From the human T2T-CHM13v2.0 reference genome, Homo sapiens: a stretch of DNA of 64,000 nt. The notes beneath the pieces were generated by a model that saw only the letters and a program-made list of their open reading frames with translations, was not told where the DNA came from and searched no databases. The stretch is from assembly GCF_009914755.1 (NCBI RefSeq), contig NC_060927.1. One strand, given 5' to 3'. The translations under genes were made by a program, and so were the position numbers. Positions 46,022-60,499 of this stretch are shown piece by piece. Each line of letters begins with the position of its first letter. The stretch's first letter is position 1.

Positions 46022-46260
46022 TACGCTGTTGGAAGTATCATTTTTATGGGCAGTGAGTCCCAGGACATGAAAAGAGGAATTATCATGGAAGCTTGTATTA
46101 ATATCAAAGAAAACAGATCGGGGAAGGGCAACAATTTCATGATGCTGATCTCCAAGTTAATCCTTGGGTAATCAGGAATTTGTGTAAATTTATAGGCATA
46201 GGATTTGGCAATGCTGCTAGGACAAAATGAGAATCCTTTCAAGATAATAAATTTTAAATG
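46022..46260 (+). pseudogene. EBLN unit 13 (central fragment)
   Basis: AVGS...MKR...MEACIN ~ VIGS...IKK...MMAALN; HDA...PWVIRNLCKFIGIGF (46138-46206) ~ HEA...[15 protein letters not shown]. Confidence 0.65.
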
Positions 46261-46269
46261 TTTTCAGTC

Positions 46270-46470
46270 CATGCACCATGTGGTTTAAGAGCTTTAGACA
46301 GATTTGGATTTAGAATTACGTCCTTGACTTGCCAGCTGTGTGGTTTGGGAAAATTATGTATGGGCTCTGAAACTTAGCTTCTCTATCTTTAAAATGGGAA
46401 TAATAATATACCATACTTCAACATTTTACAGTGCCCTTTTCAAGGAAAATAGTCAATAAATGATAGCTGC
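46270..46470 (+). mobile_element. MIR
   Basis: tggtttaagagctttagacagatttggattt...ctatctttaaaatgggaataataata. Confidence 0.75.
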
Positions 46471-46499
46471 ATAATCAAAGGTAAGGAAAAAACCCAGAT

Positions 46500-47750
46500 A
46501 GGTTTATTGATAAAAGCCAGAGCATATTCAAACTGCAAAGATGCTCTGAGTTTATTATATATAATAGCCTCACTTGTGGACAAAGCAAGACTGAGAAAGT
46601 AGCTGGGAGATGTTCAAGATTATACAGTAGAATTATCAGATTTCCAGCTCTTAGCTGGAATGTATAGCACCATCTTTTTTATTTTTGTTAGACTTTCTGG
46701 TATAACTCCTTGGTGTGGACATTCCTTACTTCCCAGTATAAGGAACTCAACACTGCTCAAGAAAATCACTCCATTTTGGGGGGGCTGGGGAGAGGGGAGC
46801 AACTGTAAGAGTTAGATTTTTTTCTTTCTGCTGTATAAGTCTATTTTACTTCGTTTCCAATCATTTTGACCTTCGTGTGGCTCTGGCAGTTCTATTTTCT
46901 CTTCTGCATGACAGCTCTTCAGCCTTCTGAAAACAGTGACTGTTGCTCCTGAAATTTTACTACTCTGACATAGACATCCCTGGGGTCATCAGTATCTTTT
47001 TATGATACAGCCCAGGGCCTTTGCACTTCTGATTGTCTCCTCTTGCCTATTTTAGTCTGTCTTTGTCCCTGCTGAAATCTCACCTCCAGGCATGGTCTGA
47101 ATGCTACAAAACTGAGTTCAAGCTATTGCTTCCTAAATTTGAACACCGTTCATGCAGTCACAGCCCACATCGATCTTTTATTAAGCTTTCAGTCTATTTT
47201 CTCATACACCGTTTTTATGAACATCACCAGAAGTACAGGTGAGTTTTACAATAAAGGGCAGAGCTTGCTCTTTTTCCAGCATTCATTTTGTTAGGTTCGC
47301 TTATTGTCTGTGTTTGATGAATTTTTTTTTTTTTTTTTGGATACTGACTTTGGCAAATCGAATTTATGTGCAGATTTGATGAAGACTGGATAAGTTTTCA
47401 GTTACTGGTAGCTGCTTCATTTAGAGTCCTGGAAAAATGTCTTCTCAGTCAAAGCCCCTGAGCTTTGCCTCTTCCTGGCACATATGGGAAGATGGGAAGA
47501 AGGAGGGCTACATGCAGTCTCTGGCAACATGCCTCTTTGTTATTAGAGATGAGATAAAAACACAGGGCTTGCAAACTCTAGTGCTTGTTACACTGGTCCA
47601 TGACAGCATTTTCACATCAGAATCAAAAGTATTATTTGTTTTGGGGAAGGATTATTTTTGATTTTCAAATTATGCCCTTTATTCTACTTTGAATTTAAGT
47701 TTTTTTTAGTTTATAGGACAAATGTGATAGCGAGAATTTTAGAAACTTGT
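46500..47750 (+). pseudogene. EBLN unit 14
   Basis: SLVDKAR (46570-46590) ~ ALLDQSR; EMFK and YTVELS ~ DMFH and HTVTPS; FWG ~ FYG; LDTDF (47337-47351) ~ LTTDF; VFSYW*L (47394-47414) ~ VASYAQM; ALPLP ~ TLTIP. Confidence 0.75.
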
Positions 47751-47928
47751 TTACTTGGGAAAATAACATTTGTCAATCTGTTGATCCACCAAAAAAAAAA
47801 AAAATCACGAAAACCTCAATTTTTGGAGATCGCTGGTCTCTAACTTATTAAGATGCATTAAATAAGTTGAGTAAACTATACATGTTTTACTTCTTCTGAA
47901 TACTAATTTCTACTTAAGAAATAGTCGA

Positions 47929-49204
47929 GGCTACAAAAAGAAGCAATGGGGAAAGGATTCCCTATTCAATAAATGGTGCTGGGATAACTGGCTAGCCATA
48001 TGCAGAAGATTGAAACTGGATCTCTTCTTTATGCCACATACAAAAATTAACTCAAGATGTTTTAAAGACTTAAATATAAAACAGCAAACTATAAAAACCG
48101 TGGAAGACAGCCTAGGTAATACCATTCAGGACATAGGAACAGGCAAAGATTTCATGACAAAGATGCCAAAAGCAATTGCAACAAAAGCAAAAATTGACAA
48201 ATAGAATTAAAGAACTTCTGCACAGCAAAGGAAAATATAAACTATAAACAGAGTGAGCAGACAACCTACAGAATGGGAGAAAATTTTTGCAAACTATGCA
48301 TTCAATAAAGGTCTCATATCCACCATCTCTAAGGAACTGACATTTACAAGGAAAAAATAACTACCCCATTAAAAAGCAGGCAAAGGACATGAACAGACAC
48401 TTTTCAAAAGAAGACATACATACGGCTAACAATCATCTGAAAAAAAGCTCAAAATCACTGAACATTAGAGAAATACAAATCAAAACCACAATAAGATACC
48501 ATCTCACACTAGCCAGAATGATGACTGTGAAAAAGTCAAAAAGGAACAGATGCTGGTGAGGCTGCAGAGAAAAAGGAATGCTTATACACTGTTGGGGGGA
48601 ATATAAATTAGTTGAACCCTTGTAGAAGACAGTGTGGCAATTCCTAAAAGACCTAAAAACAGAAATGCCATTTGACCCAAGAATCCCATTGCTCAGTATA
48701 TACCCAAAGGAATATAGAATTTGTTCTATTCTAAAGACACATGCACACATATGTTCATTGCAGCACTATTTACAATAGCAAAGAAATGGAATCAGCTTAA
48801 ATGCCCATCAGTGATAGACTGGATAAAGAAAATGTGGTACATACACACCATGGAATACTACGCAGTCATAAAAAAGAATGAGATCATATCATTTACAGGA
48901 ATATGGATGGAGCTGGAGGCCATTATCCTTAGCAAACTAACGCAGGAACAGAAAACCAAATATTGCATGTGTGAGCTAAATGATGAGAACATATGGGCAA
49001 ACACAGGGGAAAAACATACACTGAGCCTTTCAGAGGGTAGAGGGTGGGAGGAGGGACTGGATCAGAACAAATAACTAATGGGTACTAGGCTTAATACCTG
49101 AGTAATGAAATAATCTGTTCAACAAACTCCCATGACACAAATTTATCTACGTAACAAACCTGCACATGTTCCCCTGAACTTAACATGAAAGTTAACAAAA
49201 AAAA
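47929..49204 (+). mobile_element. 5'-truncated L1PA
   Basis: ORF2 C-terminal remnants (DWIKKMWYIHTMEYY), 3'UTR, poly-A; TSD aagaaatagtcga at 47916-47928 and 49205-49217. Confidence 0.95.
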
Positions 49205-49559
49205 AAGAAATAGTCGATAAATTAGAACTCACTGTGTGTTTGGACTGAATAGCATTACCAAGACAGTAGTTGCAATGCTCACAACTCCTCTGCGAGGTAG
49301 GGAAGGCTGCACGTCTCACTGTACAGAGAAGGAAGCTATTGAGTGGCAGGGCCAATGTGGCATAGTGGGCTTGGTTTCCAACGAGCACGTGTGATTGCCT
49401 CTGGAGCTTTTAGATCAAGTTATTTAAATATAGCTAGCATAGTCATGAAATAGAAGGGTACATTAAATAGAAAGTGGGGTAGTAGGTAAAGCTTCTGTGT
49501 AGCCTTGCAGAAGTCAGATCAATTCTCTTGGCCTTAGTTTACTCAACTATTAGACTCTG

Positions 49560-50400
49560 TTTAGTGAAGCCCATTTCCAGCTATGAAAATCAAGTTTTTT
49601 GCCATGTCGATAGAATGCAATAGGAAAGAACAAAGGAATAACAAGTATGTAAAATTAAAAAAAGAAATGCGGTTAAGGGCTCTCTCTCTTTCTCTCTTGT
49701 AGGTGTGGGTGTGTGTTGGCGGGTGTCCCCTAATGGAAATATGAGGTAACTGTAGGGACAAATTATAGGAAATAGAAAATACATGGCAGAAAATACATGT
49801 CCGTATATTGATACAGACAATGAAATTGGTTGCTTTTTGTTTATGGTATTGGTGGGAAAATGACCCCCTCATTAATCAGATGGGACCAGGTGGCATGAAG
49901 AAACCCTGGGTTATCTTGGTAAATGCCTAATCTTTCCTCTCTTCCTCTATCCTGTTCTACTCTATTTTGATGGACATGTTCAGCACTTTTTGATCTATAG
50001 CAATTAAAAGAGAGCTTTTGCTGATGGAAGCTTGTCAGGCCTTTGAATCTGACACCAGGACCAGAGGGAGAGCTGCATCTGCCGTGGGAGTCTGGGCTGT
50101 CAGGTGATGACAGGGGCTTGCCCTTCCAAGGGGAGATCGCCTTTGGCAGGAGTAAGTGCTTTCACCCAGAGGCAGCCCTGCTAGTGAGATGAGAGCAGTG
50201 TGCACTGAGTTAGCAAAGTCAAAGGAGCGAGCTGGCAAATAGAATCACATCACATCTGCCAGAGAAAGTGATCAAAAGCAACAGGACCCAGGCAGCTGGC
50301 AAAAGGTGACCCCTGGATACTGGGCTGCTTCAAAAACACAGCTGATCCCAAAGATTGTGACAAGTGAATGAATGTGCTCACTATAAGTCTCTGCCAAGTT
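49560..50400 (+). pseudogene. EBLN unit 15 (well preserved)
   Basis: GPGGMKKPWVILVNA ~ GAEQIKKRFKTMMAA; LMDMFS (49967-49984) ~ LLQMFN; FES (50042-50050); ASEMRAVCTELAKSKE (50180-50227) ungapped to AYEIRDFLEVSAKLKE; RESD ~ RHPD, PGSW ~ PRSF, YW (50318-50323). From 49967 onward these share one frame. Confidence 0.82.
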
Positions 50401-50483
50401 AAATAATACAGCTCTCTCTCCTTCCTTCCCTCTCTTTTTCTCTTTCTTCACTTTTTAAAAATCCATTCTATCTAGTTTACTAC

Positions 50484-50835
50484 TGATATGGTTTGGCTGT
50501 GTCTCCACTCAAATAGCATTTTGAATTGTAACTCCCACAATTCCCACATGTTGCCGGAGGAACCTGGTGGGAGGTGATTGAATCATCGGGCGGGTCCCGT
50601 GCTGTTCTCGTGATAGTGAATAAGTCTCACGAGATCTGATGGTTTTAAAAATGGGAGCTTCCCTGCAGACGCTTTCTTCTCGTCTGTCGCCATGTGAGAT
50701 GTACCTTTCACTTTCCTCCATGATTGTGAGGCCTCCTTAGCCACATGGAACTGTAAGTCCAATAAACCTGTTTCTTTTGTAAACTGCCCAGTCTCGGGTA
50801 TGTCTTTATCAGCAGTGTGAAAACAGACTAATACA
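50484..50835 (+). mobile_element. THE1 solo LTR
   Basis: tgatatggtttggctgtgtc...acagactaataca; TSD actac / acgac. Confidence 0.92.
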
Positions 50836-50837
50836 AC

Positions 50838-51400
50838 GACTTACAGATTATGAAGAAATAATGTTTTGTACAAGGTGTATACTTTTGGATTTTGGGTGTT
50901 CTGATTAGACCCCATTGATTTCTTGGGAACACTGCCCCTACTAATCTGAATGCTTCTGCAAGCAATAGACTATACTTAATTGTCTTTTGCCTCCCATCGG
51001 TTGAGAGCCACATGTTTAAATGAAATGAAAAACTGTTTCATTTCAAATTCAAAAACAGTGTATTTTGCTAAAAGCCATGCCTAAGGAAGAAAAGTAGGGT
51101 ATTTATTTCTGTATATAGAAGGAATATTTTAATCTCCTGATTTATGGTTCCTCGGCCACAGTCTTTGTTTGTTCTTTCATTTAGCCTTCAACTTTATGAA
51201 GAGAAGAGGTCATTTTCTCTTGAAATTTAGTTTTCCATTTTCTTTATAATCAGATGGTAACTATTTCAGATGCACTCTCAGCAGGAAAACATTGAACATT
51301 TTTAAATAAATACATTTACTGCAACTAAACCAGCCATAGCATGTCTGCTCATTAAGGTTTGAATTTTGTTAAATGTTTGCTAAAAACATATCTTTATGTC
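50838..51400 (+). pseudogene. EBLN unit 16
   Basis: DLQIMKK*CFVQGVYFWILGVLI (50838-50906) ungapped to [29 protein letters not shown] (51245-51262) ~ YAQMTT; TATKPAIA ~ TLTIPVVA. Confidence 0.75.
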
Positions 51401-51899
51401 CTAGAAAACCAATTCACTATTCCATTGCAGATATATACATCGAGGAAACTGAGGCCCCAAATGATCATAGGATCTGCCTCATGTCACCCAGTTTATTAAT
51501 GGCAGAGATAGTTCTTGAACTATTTATCCTTGACTCCCACCCTTGTACTCTTTCCAGCCTGCTTGTGCCACCTCCCTCTCCAAGTAAAAATCTATTATCC
51601 AGTGAGACTCAATCAATGATTGCTACATTCTTGTTATTCAGAGTGTGGTCTGGGAACTAGCATCATGGACAAACCCTGGCAGCATGTTAAAATGCCGAAT
51701 CTTAGACTCCACCCCAGACCCATGGAATCAAAATCTGCATTTTTAACTCAATTCCCAGAAGATGTGCAGATTGAATTGTATGATAAACCTAAGAACCTAA
51801 GTTCTCAGGTGAAAGTTTTTAATTGAATAATATATTTCATTAGGTTTTATAGGATTGTAAAACATCTTATGCATATTTTTATTTTAACTGTTAAGGCTG

Positions 51900-54800
51900 T
51901 TAATTATTCTTTAATTTAGCTTGTTAAATGACAGAAGTTTAGCACCATCCATTTATTTAAGTGCAAAAGTAAGAGTGATCTCTAACCTTAGGCTGGCTAT
52001 TAGAGAAAGTAAGACCTTTGGGGGCTGACATTCAAGGCCTTTCGTAGTTTGGCGTATAATAGGGGGCTGTGATGGTGTAAACAGATTGCTAAATGTGAAA
52101 TGGACAGTTGTTAAACTGGACTATCCCTTTTCACTGAGAAATACACAATGCATTACAAACTCAATCTTAAAACATTCTTTGCAAACATAAGTTGAAGGCA
52201 GGACATTTTCTTGTCCTCTTCCTTATAAGTGAATAGCAGTGGTAGGAGATGGTCTGCCATCACAAACTTAAACCATTTAATTCCTGCTTTGGAATGGAGG
52301 AGCACAGGCTTTGCCTTTGCACACTTCATTTTCATTCATCTCTTATTTTCCCCTCCTCTCCATCTGTATGGTCTGTGCCTTGTCCTCTTGTGTCTCACTG
52401 TTCCAGAGATGTATTAAACAGTCTTGTTCTTCCAAATCATTTTCTGTGATGCCAACAGAAATGCCTTTAAAAAACAAAACAAAACAAAATCTGATAATCT
52501 GAGCTTAAAACTTCCAATGTCTTCTATTCTTATAAGATTAAGTAGAAACTTCTTAATAGACCTACATCTTAATGTCCACTATGATTTGGCTCTGACCCAA
52601 TTTACTAATGCAATGTGTTATCCTTGCTTGTGCTCTGGATAAGAAAAAGAACATTCCTGGTCTATAAAAGGCATTATAGAAAAAATGGGAGAAATTTGAA
52701 TTTATTCTGTAACTTTGATCTGTGTATCACAAGAAGTATTGCATCAATGTCAAGTAATTTTACTAATTTTATTAATTGTAATGTTTATGTAAAAGAACAT
52801 CCTTCATTTTAGAAAATTACACTCAAGTGTTTAGAGCGTAATTCTGTTTGCAGCTTTCTCTTTAGAAAGTATTATACGTATATATATGTATTTATGTACA
52901 CATGTATACATAGTCTGTGGAGAGAAGGAGTCATATGAGAGGGAAAGAGAGAAAGTATGCATGGGAATGCTGAACACATGCAGTAACATGTTAACATTCA
53001 GAAATTTAAGACTTTTAGGATTTCTTTGTGCTATTACTACAACTATTCTGAGTCTAAAATTTCAAAATAAAAAGCGGAAAAAAAATAAATTTTTATCAGC
53101 TTGTCATGTGGATCATCCTGCTGCCATTACATTTCTGTTATAAGATAGTAATCCACAAAATAGCTTATTGACTTATTTTTTAATGGAATGAATCTTATGA
53201 AACAATAGGCTTACTATGATTCAAGTTATATATGTTATATACACCTATCTATTTTAGTATAGAAAATACACTAAACGGTAAATATACAAATGTTAAGGAT
53301 AGTTGTCCTTTGGCAGTGGGATGATGGATGATTTTAACTTATATTTTCTTTTGCTTATCTGTTTTTTCATAATTTATTCAAATGACTTTTTAAAAATTAG
53401 AAAATAAAATTATTCACGCAAATTATTTGTTAAACTTTATTTCATTTTGTTTTGAAATTAAAATTACAAGTAATGTATTTGCATCTTACTTTGCAAAATA
53501 TTAGTGTCTATTTTAACATTGCTTAATCAGCAATTAAATGATTTCTCTAATATTTTGTTTTTCTTAGTTGTTGACAGAGATAAACAATTGAAAAAAATAT
53601 TGCTTTTTCCTCAACCATTAGTCAATAGTTGTCATCTACTTTAACACTTGAATTTTTACTGTAGCTGCTAGAAATGGACACACTGAGTGGTTTGGATAAA
53701 TATATATACCTTTGTCATGAACCCACTGGCAAAAGTATTATTAAGTGCCAAAGAGAACAGAAGTCAGGTACAGAGAAAACCTAAAGAGATAAACACCCTA
53801 TATGTTATTTCTATTTAAGGGACAAAAGTAGTTATATGTTTGTTCAGTGACTAATTCGTTGCCTAAATAATTGCATTTTGGCCACACCAGGACACTCATT
53901 GCTTATCAAAAGGTGATTTGCTAATTAGTAGTTTTCACCTAAAAACAATGAAGAACAGAAAATTGAAAAAGGAAAGCTAAACTCTTTCTTAGGGTTTGAC
54001 TTTGTCCTCTTCCATCATCAGTCTTGGGAGAAAGACTCTGTACTTTTGGAAATTAATAATACTTTTTTTCTTATTTTTTTCCCTACTTAAAAACCACAAA
54101 TACTGAATCTAAATTAGAAACTTTGTAATTCCAGTGCAAAAGGTAACTCATTTATGTTTTTCTCAAGCAACACACACACACACACGCAGATGTACATGGA
54201 CACTCACATGTACATATTTATTTTACTAAAATGGGATTCATATTATTTTGAAACACACCCTTTAAAATTGATATATTGTAAATACCATTCCCTCTAAGTG
54301 TTGTTCCACTACAATTTTACCATAAACAGCTGAAGTTAATTTACATTTATCTGATATTTATAGCTTTCCAGTTTTTTTCTTACTCCCCTAATAAAGACAA
54401 CACTTTGATAACTATCCCTCTAGCTAAATATTTGTGTACATTCTTAAATGTTTTCTTATGATAAACTCCTACAAATATGATGAAAAGATTAAAGACTGCA
54501 TTTAAAAATATTTGTGATATATGTTTCTTTTTTCAGAGTGTGAATAACGTTGTATACTCAAACTCTGAGAAACACATGTATGCGGCATAACGCTGGGTAT
54601 TATCTATAATCCATGTCAACTTGATAGCTTAAAAATCCTGTCTTGTTTTAAGACACATTTTCTTGATTACTAGAAAGATTAATCTTTTAAATATACTTGT
54701 CAGCTATTTATATTTTTTCTTATGTAATTTATCTTTTATTTTATAACTAATGCTAAAATATGAAAATGTTAGAGATGAAAAAATTCTTGTTTTATATTTT

Positions 54801-54930
54801 TAAAACCAGAGAACTTATTTTCAGATAAAGTCTTAGAAGAAAACCTTACATGGAATAGATAATGTGTACCTGAACAGGTTGAAGTAGGAAAGCAAGACTT
54901 AGCTAAAGATGTTTGAGCAGGGTAGTGGAC
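51900..54930 (+). pseudogene. EBLN unit 17 (fragmented by old L2/L1 insertions)
   Basis: NGHTEWFG (53673-53696) ~ NGQPWVG; EPTGK ~ ESPGK; CLNNCILAT (53860-53886) ~ YLAECMDAT; IAYQ (53898) ~ VAYE; LNSFLG (53977) ~ LFPFLG; LYFW (54038) ~ AFYW; VGKQDLAK (54884-54907) ~ VKETQLAR. The N-terminal part (51.9-52.2 kb) is weak. Confidence 0.72.
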
Positions 54931-55046
54931 ATTTTCAGAATTAATGGAATAGAGAAAAAAATGAGAGGAAAAAAAAAAGCAAAAAGAAAAAACAAATGAA
55001 CAAAAAAAAACAAGCCCCAAACAGATGAAAAACAAATATAATTATG

Positions 55047-55535
55047 TGTTAAAGAAAAAATTATTCTAATGCTTATTAAAGACAGTAAGAAAGACTTTAT
55101 TAAAGCCTTGTGGGAGGATGACTATCAAGATAAGTGTAAGGACCACTGAGATTGGGTCTTGCATTGGGAAGAGAGATTGAGCTTGACACCGAATGTAAAA
55201 AGGAAAAGTAGGAATTTATAGCCAAGGAGCAGAGTGAGGGTCGCTCGATGAAAAATTGCTAAGAGGAAACATCAAGGATCGAGGTGGTATTCCGGCTAAA
55301 TGTACTTAGTAGGACCCTTGCTGAAGGCAAGCCAGTGTGATAAGACATCCAGTATGGGAAGTGAGGGATTTGATTAGATATCGAAGGTGGAGGACTTTCA
55401 CTTAACTGACTTAGCCAGATTTGTGCTAAAATTGGACCATGCAGAGATGATGTCAGAAGTCTAAAGGTCAGGACTTGTTGGAAAATTGCTTATAGGAACC
55501 TGAGTAGAGTTTGGCCAAGGAAAGAATCTTTGTCA
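55047..55535 (-). mobile_element. MER31-like ERV1 LTR
   Basis: Reverse complement starts tgacaaagattctttccttggccaaact. Confidence 0.65.
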
Positions 55536-55589
55536 CATACAAGTGAGGAGAGAAAAAGACCTCAGTATTTATCACAGGCCAGGTCAATT

Positions 55590-56003
55590 GCAAGAATACC
55601 TTTTTACTGCTTTTTTCCTCACCCTCTTTCAAATTCTTTAGGGAATTCTTAAACCTTGGAGAATGTTTCCAATTTAATTCAGTCTAATGTTTAGAAAAAA
55701 AAATAAGAAAACCAGAATTATGATAACTTAATTTTTGGTTTCTCCTGTAATGCCAGAGCTGCAGGAGTATAAGGGAACACTGCCTACTTCAGTGTTGAAT
55801 GGACAAGTAAATCACCTGTAGGTCTGGGAGGAGGGCCTGGGTTCTGCATTTCTATTAATCTCCTAAGTGATACCCTTGTCACTGCTCTAGGGAAGACAAT
55901 AAGGGGCAAAATCAGCTGAACCCTCTTATTTTATAGACAAATTACTTGAGAGATGTGGGGACATCTACATCTACCTGTATGGCAAAGTACATGACCATAA
56001 ACC

Positions 56004-56046
<43 letters not shown>

Positions 56047-56340
56047 CTACCTACCCGGGAATCTGGATGAAATGTAATAGAGCTTGAATTAAAGTAAGAG
56101 TAATCTCCAGGAACACCAAGGAAAGTGCACTGAAAACTATTGACCTGATTTTCCAAATGAGTCTTAGAGAGGGGAAGGTGACTTGCTCAAAATTATATCT
56201 TTGTAAGCCCAGTGTGAGCACTTGTACCATTATTCAATAGAACCTGAAGAAAATATTGACACATAACAATGGAAGAATTCCTGCATTACCACATAGTAAA
56301 ACTTACTGTAATGCTACTATGATGAAAACAACAGTAACAA
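55590..56340 (+). pseudogene. EBLN unit 18 (fragmentary)
   Basis: GFSCNARA (~55737) ~ GSSSKIKA; FVSP (56200-56211) ~ FESP; TMEEFL (56266-56283) ~ TIKEYL. Confidence 0.5.
56007..56045. repeat. (CA)n microsatellite
   Basis: Direct CA run. Confidence 0.97.
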
Positions 56341-56760
56341 CTGGAGAGAGGGGGCAGTGGAGATCAGACGTGGTGAGTTTGAGAGAACTGTTAGACCTCC
56401 AAGGGAGATTTGATGTGGACAAATAGACACATTCCTCTGAAGTTTAGGAAAGAGGTTTCATATGGAGATTTGGAAGCATCAGTGTAGATATGGCATTGAA
56501 ACCCACAGAACTGGATCAGATCACTAGAGACTGATTGTCTCTTGAGAAAATAAGAGGTCTAAGGATGAATCCTGGGACACTCTACACTTCAGAGCTTGGG
56601 AATATGAAGTGGAACCAGAATCAAGACTGAGAATGAGTGACCCATTGTAAAGGAAGAAAACCAGGAGAAGGCAGTGTCCTGGCAGCCATAGGAATAGGAG
56701 AGAAGGCAGAGAATCTGAACATAGTTGTTGGTAGGAGGGTTGTTGTGAAAGTTCCCTCAT
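56340..56760. mobile_element. L2 fragment
   Basis: ggagatttggaagcatcagtgtagatatggcattgaaaccc... L2-type sequence. Confidence 0.7.
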
Positions 56761-57109
56761 GATTACCTAACTTATTGATGAAAAGGAAAATTATTAACTA
56801 AGAGCGATGGTGGAGAAAGATAAGGTGGAAAATGGCTACTGACGCATTGATTTAAAAAGACAAAGTGAAACGAACATGGAAACACTTCAATATGTGTGTG
56901 TGTTTATGATATAATTTATGTTAAAAACATAATATCCTATATATTTGTTATATGTGATATTTTATATATAATATATATATCATAGAAAAGAATATAACAA
57001 ATACATATCAGATTTCCCCAGAGAAAGTGGAGAAGGGAGAAACCTAGTTTTACTTTATAAACACCTATATTTCCTTTTGAATTGTTATAGCAAACATACT
57101 TTACTTTTG

Positions 57110-58240
57110 AGTAAAGGTAAGAAAAAGTAGTTGGTCTTGCAGACCTTTGTTAAGGAAGTAACAAATCTGACACAAAGGTAACAATAACCTTTGTGAGACT
57201 GACTGCAAGATGGCTCAGGATTCCCAGGTCCTTGGAAGACATTTGGGTCTTACTCAGTGAAGGCCCTTTGTACTGTGAGGGATGGTCTGTGTTATCTTAG
57301 TCAGCTCGTGCTGCTATAACCATGGACTGCGTAGCTTATAACAACAGAAATTGATTTCTTACAGTTCTGGAGGCTAGAAGGCCAGGATCAAGGTGCCAGC
57401 ATTGTTGAGTTCTGGCGAGGGCCCTCCTCCCGTTTGTAGACTGTTGACTTCTCATGGTAGGCTCACATGGCAGAAAGAGGGTGAGAGGGTCCCTTTTGTA
57501 AGGGCACTAATCCTACTTAAGAGGGCTCCGCTCTCATGACCTAATTATTCTTAAAGGCCCCTCCTCTAAATATATCATGTTGGAACTAGGATTTTAACAT
57601 ATGAATTTTGAGGGACACAAACATTCAGCCCTCTGTGTATGCCTTGCAGAGCCATTTCTTCTTTGGATGTCTCACTGTGGGGATAATAGGGTTTTTGGGT
57701 AACTGTAAGATTTTGTTGTTATTGTTTGTTTTTGTGGTAAAAACCTCTGACATCAGGTACCTGATACTGAGAGAGATATTCAGACATACGGTGTTTTTTC
57801 ACATAAAGTCAACATTTCCCAAGAAGCTGGCCAAGTTCACCTAGAAGCCTTCTGTTTCACTATAATTAATTTCTCAAGCCTAAGAGTTGCTATATACAGG
57901 GCTTTTTTGCCTATCCTAGAGAAGTACTAGGACAAGTTTCTAGAGATCTCAGAATTGAGGGTCTCTGAATATGGCCAGATTACAATCTAGAATTGCAGGT
58001 TAAGGGCTAATTCTTGATAGCATTAACCTCACCCAGAGTTGATCTGTGAATCCTTGTGCCAACCTTTAGATCTTCACAGTCATGTATAAACTCAATAGGA
58101 ATACTGGCTAATGACTGCTGGCCTTTCTTCTAAGCTGAGGCCATGTGACAGCCCCTACTTACTCCAGAAAAGCTAAAGAAATCTTTGGGATCTCTATCTT
58201 GGATTCCAGTGCTTCCAGTGGCAGTTAGGGCTATGGTCTT
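57110..58240 (+). pseudogene. EBLN unit 19 (interrupted by MLT1 LTR)
   Basis: VGLAD (57130) ~ VALLD; VTITFVRL (57178-57201) ~ VTPSLVFL; LTVGIIG...KI (ORF 57608) ~ LLIGVVIG...KI; FLEISELRVSEYGQIT (57937-57984) ~ FMDQIKLVASYAQMT; LTSPRVDL*I (58023-58052) ~ LTIPVVAYEI; DCWPFF (58113-58130) ~ DLFPFL. Confidence 0.8.
57288..57635 (-). mobile_element. MLT1A-like MaLR LTR
   Basis: tcttagtcagctcgtgctgctataac...ttttgagggacacaaacattcag. Confidence 0.8.
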
Positions 58241-58249
58241 CCTGGGATT

Positions 58250-59500
<1,251 letters not shown>

Positions 59501-59549
59501 GGTGTTTAGGTAAATTATTTATGGCCTGAAATCTTTTACATTCACTCTC

Positions 59550-60470
59550 CAAAGGAGTAATGCAAAATGGATGAGGCCTGAGTTCTACCTCAATGCATAA
59601 ACCATGCTCAGTCTTCTTGCAGAATGGTCCTCTCTGTGTGGAGTCTTTTGGCAACCTCTGTGGTTTTTAAACTTTTATGGCCCAGACTTCGCTCAAGGTG
59701 AAGCAGGTGTCTGTGTAATTTTATTTTAGCAGTAACATTCTTGTGGAATTGTTGTTTGATTCTCTTCTCTCATTGGGGTACTTCTGGGCTGAGTTTTTAG
59801 CAGGGGAACACTGGCTGTTAAGATTATTTAAAATTTTAAAATAATACAGAGAGGAAATATTATTTTCATTTTGCTGAAGAAGAAATTTACAGTATGATAA
59901 ATTACTTTACCTAATATTACACAGCAGATAGTTGAGTCTTTTCTCCTGTAATTCTGCTTTAGTTTATATTGCTTTTTAGCTTCTAGAATGCCATCAACAT
60001 CTGTTATATGTGGGTAATCCAATGATAGTTTCAGGTCATGTCAAATCATAATTCTCATTCTTTGGACTTTCTACTTTGCGAGAAAGACTTTAGCTCCAAA
60101 GGAGTGTATGTAACTTAGTAACTTGGTTTTATTTCTTTGTGAATATAAGACAAAAATCTTGCTTGGGTCTGGCTGAAATTATTTATCCTCTGACATCTGT
60201 CGTAAAACTTATTTTTCCCTTGAAAAATTAGAACTTAAGTCCTGAGTATACCATTTTTGTTTGAGAATATTGATGACCCCATTTCCCAGCTTTCTGATGA
60301 TTCTGACTGCTTAGTACTGACTCCCTATTGCACATCTGTGTGATCATGCCTGATGCTCCACCTCCGTGAGCATGTATGCATGTATTTGCTTGTCAGCTCA
60401 GAGTATTGCTTCTGTGTGGATCAAGTTAGATAAGAGATGTGAAAAAGATTTGTACCTTCTTCTAAAAATA
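59550..60470 (+). pseudogene. EBLN unit 21 (interrupted by MIR)
   Basis: ESF/LATSV ~ ESYLSTPV; NFYGPDFAQGE (59670-59702) ~ KFYGEKTTQRD; SLIGVLLG (59766-59789) ~ LLIGVVIG; DFSSKG (60086-60103) ~ DFESPG; PDA (60349) ~ PDA; ASVWIKLD ~ AFYWSKKE. Confidence 0.82.
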
Positions 60471-60499
60471 TGAAGTGACATTATTGTATTTGAAAACAA

